In this document: in pieces, positions 60,944-64,000 of the stretch
How the letters are laid out: each line of letters starts with the position of its first letter
Numbering within the stretch: position 1 is the first letter of the stretch
From: a virus
Taxonomy: Duplodnaviria > Heunggongvirae > Uroviricota > Caudoviricetes
Virus record (IMG/VR): IMGVR_UViG_3300033075_001617
Span: 13,560 to 77,559 of that record
Strand: one strand, 5' to 3'
Length of the DNA: 64,000 bases
The notes under the pieces: model-generated
Databases searched by the model: none
What the model was told of the DNA's origin: nothing
Seen by the model: only the letters and a program-made list of their open reading frames with translations
Translations under genes and position numbers: made by a program

Positions 60944-63900
60944 TCAGCCCAATAAATTTTGCATGCGGGCTTCCATCATGCTCATACGGGAGGTCAACTG
61001 TGGACCTCCACGTCCTGTATTCATGGGCGAGCCCGGAAGGGTCACATCGTTCACGAAACGTATCCTCTGCTTGTAGTTGCCGGACCTCGAATAGGACCAA
61101 TGGATCCATATTTGGGGTCTGCCCTGTGTACTTCTGGTCTCCATGAGTATCTGACCATATTCCAAGGACGGATTGGCCCGGTAGAAGTCCATGATGTAGT
61201 TCAGGAGCTTATGGTTGTCAATGAGGCCTTGCGCCTTGTCACCGTTGAACACGATGGTGGAATCAAGCGCTTGCCCACGCAAGTGCTGTGAGGTTGTTTT
61301 CCCGTTCTTCCATTTCCTAGCAGCACTGGTGAGGGTCCACTTCTTGAACAACGTCGGGTCGGTCTCCTTGAAGAACTTGGCGAACGGATCAAGTATATCG
61401 ATGATGAAATCGTTCAAGTTCTGAACGATTCCTCCCTTGTCGGCAATGAGACCGTTCGGTCCATTGTTATCCACAATCGGTCCGTCATCGCCCATGTTTG
61501 TCAATCGCGTTGAGTTCTGCGCCTGCTTGATGTAAGAGAGCAGATTCACTGTCTGCGAGTCGCTACCATTGGAGTTGGTTCGTACGGCTTCCACGCTGTT
61601 ACCGTCATTGATCTCATTCTCTCCGGCCTGCGTTGATGGGTCGAACGGCTTTCCCTCCTCGTTGGTGATCATGCCATCGGGCACCGGGTTCGTTCTTGGG
61701 CGCTCATCCAATAAGTGTTGCAGAGTGCCGAGCGTTATGGGTGGAATAGAGAAGTAATTGCCAGAGCCGGGATTGAACCGCATGCGTATCCCCTCGAACG
61801 TCGTGGTCATGTCGTTCGGAGTGATGCTGTGCTCGACTTTCATTATCTGATACAGACCATCGAACAACGGCATCTTCTCCAAGAAGTAGAACTGCATTGG
61901 ATAAAGCTGCGCATTGCCCAATGTGTCGACCTTGGAGGTGTAGCTGCGACCAGCCATTACATTGAGCATTGAACAGTCGGTGGTGACGGTCTTGTTGTTG
62001 TCCTCCTTGTCCGTCAGACGTTGCAGGTTGATGATGCTCTCAGCAGTCACCTTGTTGTCGCGGGTTCCCACGGAAACGTTTCTCACTATTTGGTTGTCCG
62101 TAGCGCCGAAAGTGATACCAATGGCGTCGCCCTTGATGTCCCTCTGGGTGTCTGAATCATGGAAGGTCAACGGAGTGGAATGTGTCTTGTTTGACAGCAT
62201 CGAACGAGACTCCGGCGTAGGCATGAACAGAATATGGAAGAAGTTCCTTATCCTCGTCTCTGCCTGACCTTGGTAAGGTCTGAAGATTTCCTTGATGTTC
62301 AAGTATCCAGCATATCCCGGAATGGGTATGAACATGAAGTTGTTCTTGCTGCACAGGTTGTACAGCATGTTCAGCACCGTGGTGTTGGCGTCCGGCTTGT
62401 AGAGCGGGCCCAAATTGATAAGCGCGTCACGTACATCAATGGTGTCCAGCTTAGATCCGCTTACCTCGCGTATCCGCTGAAGCGGATAATCGTAGATGAA
62501 TGCCGGGTCAGGCAGATTCTGTACATCCTCGGCCGACTTGCTCTTTATCTCAACGTGACGGTCGAACCCGCCATACAAAGCCTCAAGGTCTTGGGCTATG
62601 CCATCACCATAGGCGGGTAGGCTGGAGCCATTGAAGTCGCCGTTCTCGGAGATGCTGTCCTTATAGGCCATGCTGCTCCACTGATGGAACATAGAGTGCA
62701 TCTGCTTGTAGATGATGTTCTCCGCTTCGTTGGCATTCCCGAGGACACGACTGATGACCTGCTGCTTGTCGCGTTGCACTTTCTTGATCTTCTTCTTGAT
62801 CTCCGCACACAGTGCCTTTATGAACACGCGCTGGTTCCTGCCTTTCGTGCCACGCAGGAATGGTCCGAACACCACTCGGCTCGTATCTATCCCATCGGAT
62901 GAGTCCTTGTGGAAAACAACTGTGTAGACGATGTCGGTTGCGCGTATCTCTCTGCTGAGATTGTCCGGATCGCCATTGACTATCTTCTTTTTCCAGAGCA
63001 GCGCGTTCATCTCCGGAGGTAGACCATTGTCCGTCTCGGACCCGTTGAAATCTATGTCATCACCGATCTCATCGCCGAACCTGCTTCTCTTGTAGAAATC
63101 GATCGGCACATTCTTCATGACAGAGTAGTCCAGCACAAGGCCATTATCAACGAAGTTGTTGAATTTCTTTACTCTTCCCAACACGTTTCCCTCTTCATCG
63201 GAGTACCTATCTATCTCCACCAGACCCTTCGGTTGGTCCTCATCCTTGTCCACCTCTGTGCCAGCGAATTCCGTATCGGTCTCTGTGTTGTTCGCGGCCT
63301 TCACAGCACGAGCATCATCGCCTTGATAAGCGATGAGGAAGTAGTCATCACTGACATTGTGTGGATAGGTGTAGACCAGACCATTATTGATGAGCTTTCT
63401 CGCGGTCAGATTGGTCGGATCAACTAGGTCTCGCATACCGCTGTTGCGAATGACATCGTTCATGATGAAATTCCTGAACGTCTTGCAATCACCCGACTGT
63501 ATTACACCAGTGGAGATGGCCTCGGTGATCTTCGCTTGCGTGTTGAAGTCCTCAGGCTTGGAGTTGTTGGGGTAGTTCATGACCACCTTGTAATCCAGCA
63601 CTTCGCTTGGCGTGGGTTCATCAAGATCATGGGTCTTACGGAACGATGGGCCTTCATCATCCCTCAAAAAACCGGCGTTCTTGCCCTCTGACGTCAGGAA
63701 GTCTTCGCCCTTTTCAGAGAGCAGTTTATCGAAGAAGTCGACGAATGCCTCCAAGTCCATCTGGTCCTGTGGAGACATGCTCTTTATCATGTTGTCGGTG
63801 ATGTTCTTAGCATCCTCCAACGCGATCTTGACGATGTTCTCAGTAGAGTCCCTATCGTAGTTGAACGCTGTGTCGTAATCACCGGGCATGTTGGGGTCAT

Positions 63901-64000
63901 TGCTGCGCGTCATGTACGCGACAATGCCGGAACGTATCAGCACGTTCTCTGCTATACTATGATAGTATGGCCGGTATGGATTCCTTGAGATGGCCTCCAA
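60944..64000 (-). CDS. very large protein, C-terminal 1018 aa only (gene continues right of window)
   Basis: Uninterrupted minus-strand ORF from the window edge to 60944. No polymerase or other motif recognised by eye. Confidence 0.6.
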   Translation of the reverse strand: MEAISRNPYRPYYHSIAENVLIRSGIVAYMTRSNDPNMPGDYDTAFNYDRDSTENIVKIALEDAKNITDNMIKSMSPQDQMDLEAFVDFFDKLLSEKGEDFLTSEGKNAGFLRDDEGPSFRKTHDLDEPTPSEVLDYKVVMNYPNNSKPEDFNTQAKITEAISTGVIQSGDCKTFRNFIMNDVIRNSGMRDLVDPTNLTARKLINNGLVYTYPHNVSDDYFLIAYQGDDARAVKAANNTETDTEFAGTEVDKDEDQPKGLVEIDRYSDEEGNVLGRVKKFNNFVDNGLVLDYSVMKNVPIDFYKRSRFGDEIGDDIDFNGSETDNGLPPEMNALLWKKKIVNGDPDNLSREIRATDIVYTVVFHKDSSDGIDTSRVVFGPFLRGTKGRNQRVFIKALCAEIKKKIKKVQRDKQQVISRVLGNANEAENIIYKQMHSMFHQWSSMAYKDSISENGDFNGSSLPAYGDGIAQDLEALYGGFDRHVEIKSKSAEDVQNLPDPAFIYDYPLQRIREVSGSKLDTIDVRDALINLGPLYKPDANTTVLNMLYNLCSKNNFMFIPIPGYAGYLNIKEIFRPYQGQAETRIRNFFHILFMPTPESRSMLSNKTHSTPLTFHDSDTQRDIKGDAIGITFGATDNQIVRNVSVGTRDNKVTAESIINLQRLTDKEDNNKTVTTDCSMLNVMAGRSYTSKVDTLGNAQLYPMQFYFLEKMPLFDGLYQIMKVEHSITPNDMTTTFEGIRMRFNPGSGNYFSIPPITLGTLQHLLDERPRTNPVPDGMITNEEGKPFDPSTQAGENEINDGNSVEAVRTNSNGSDSQTVNLLSYIKQAQNSTRLTNMGDDGPIVDNNGPNGLIADKGGIVQNLNDFIIDILDPFAKFFKETDPTLFKKWTLTSAARKWKNGKTTSQHLRGQALDSTIVFNGDKAQGLIDNHKLLNYIMDFYRANPSLEYGQILMETRSTQGRPQIWIHWSYSRSGNYKQRIRFVNDVTLPGSPMNTGRGGPQLTSRMSMMEARMQNLLG

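Overview
This window looks like a 64-kb segment of a large virulent dsDNA phage (or other large virus), with an estimated GC content near 50%. Almost every gene is on the minus strand; short plus-strand islands lie at 11.6-12.8, 20.6-21.2, 31.3-34.4, 39.3-42.2 and 47.5-47.9 kb. The recognisable protein content falls into six groups. (1) A replication and nucleotide-metabolism module: class Ia ribonucleotide reductase NrdA/NrdB, SSB with an acidic tail, a UvrD-like helicase, a DnaQ-like exonuclease, an SF3-type primase-helicase, a FEN-like 5'-3' exonuclease, a RecA-like ATPase, an ATP-dependent ligase and a sigma-70 family factor. (2) Phage-encoded protein-quality-control genes: an FtsH-like AAA+ metalloprotease, a ClpA/ClpC-like double-AAA+ ATPase, a proteasome/HslV-like Ntn peptidase translationally coupled to an SPFH (band-7) protein, a second flotillin-like SPFH protein and a CPBP intramembrane protease. 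(3) A minus-strand operon at 0.7-9.6 kb that carries RNA 2'-phosphotransferase Tpt1/KptA, a 2H-family phosphoesterase, a Nudix hydrolase, a GltS-domain FMN oxidoreductase, an ArgRS-like class I aminoacyl-tRNA-synthetase fragment and the ligase; a macro-domain protein and a second Nudix lie elsewhere. (4) Two homing-endonuclease-like genes: a Zn-ribbon PD-(D/E)XK protein inside a tRNA cluster and a GIY-YIG protein directly after nrdB. (5) Three minus-strand tRNA regions at 14.9-17.9, 19.0-20.2 and 28.9-29.8 kb. The last is the most unusual feature: about 0.9 kb with no credible ORF, packed 4-20 nt apart with eleven tRNA-like modules. These include a candidate amber-suppressor tRNA (anticodon CUA), two tRNA-Ile-like genes whose variable regions carry 110-130 nt insertions, three copies of a 58-nt truncated tRNA-like RNA whose stems covary around an identical internal loop, and three 44-45 nt acceptor/T-arm minihelices. 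Elsewhere, canonical tRNAs (Arg-CCU, Trp-CCA, Arg-UCU) each have structurally aberrant paralogues with the same anticodon. (6) Tandem paralogous protein families of unknown function. All RNA folds were done by hand and should be checked with tRNAscan-SE, ARAGORN or Infernal. Start codons of many small genes are approximate.
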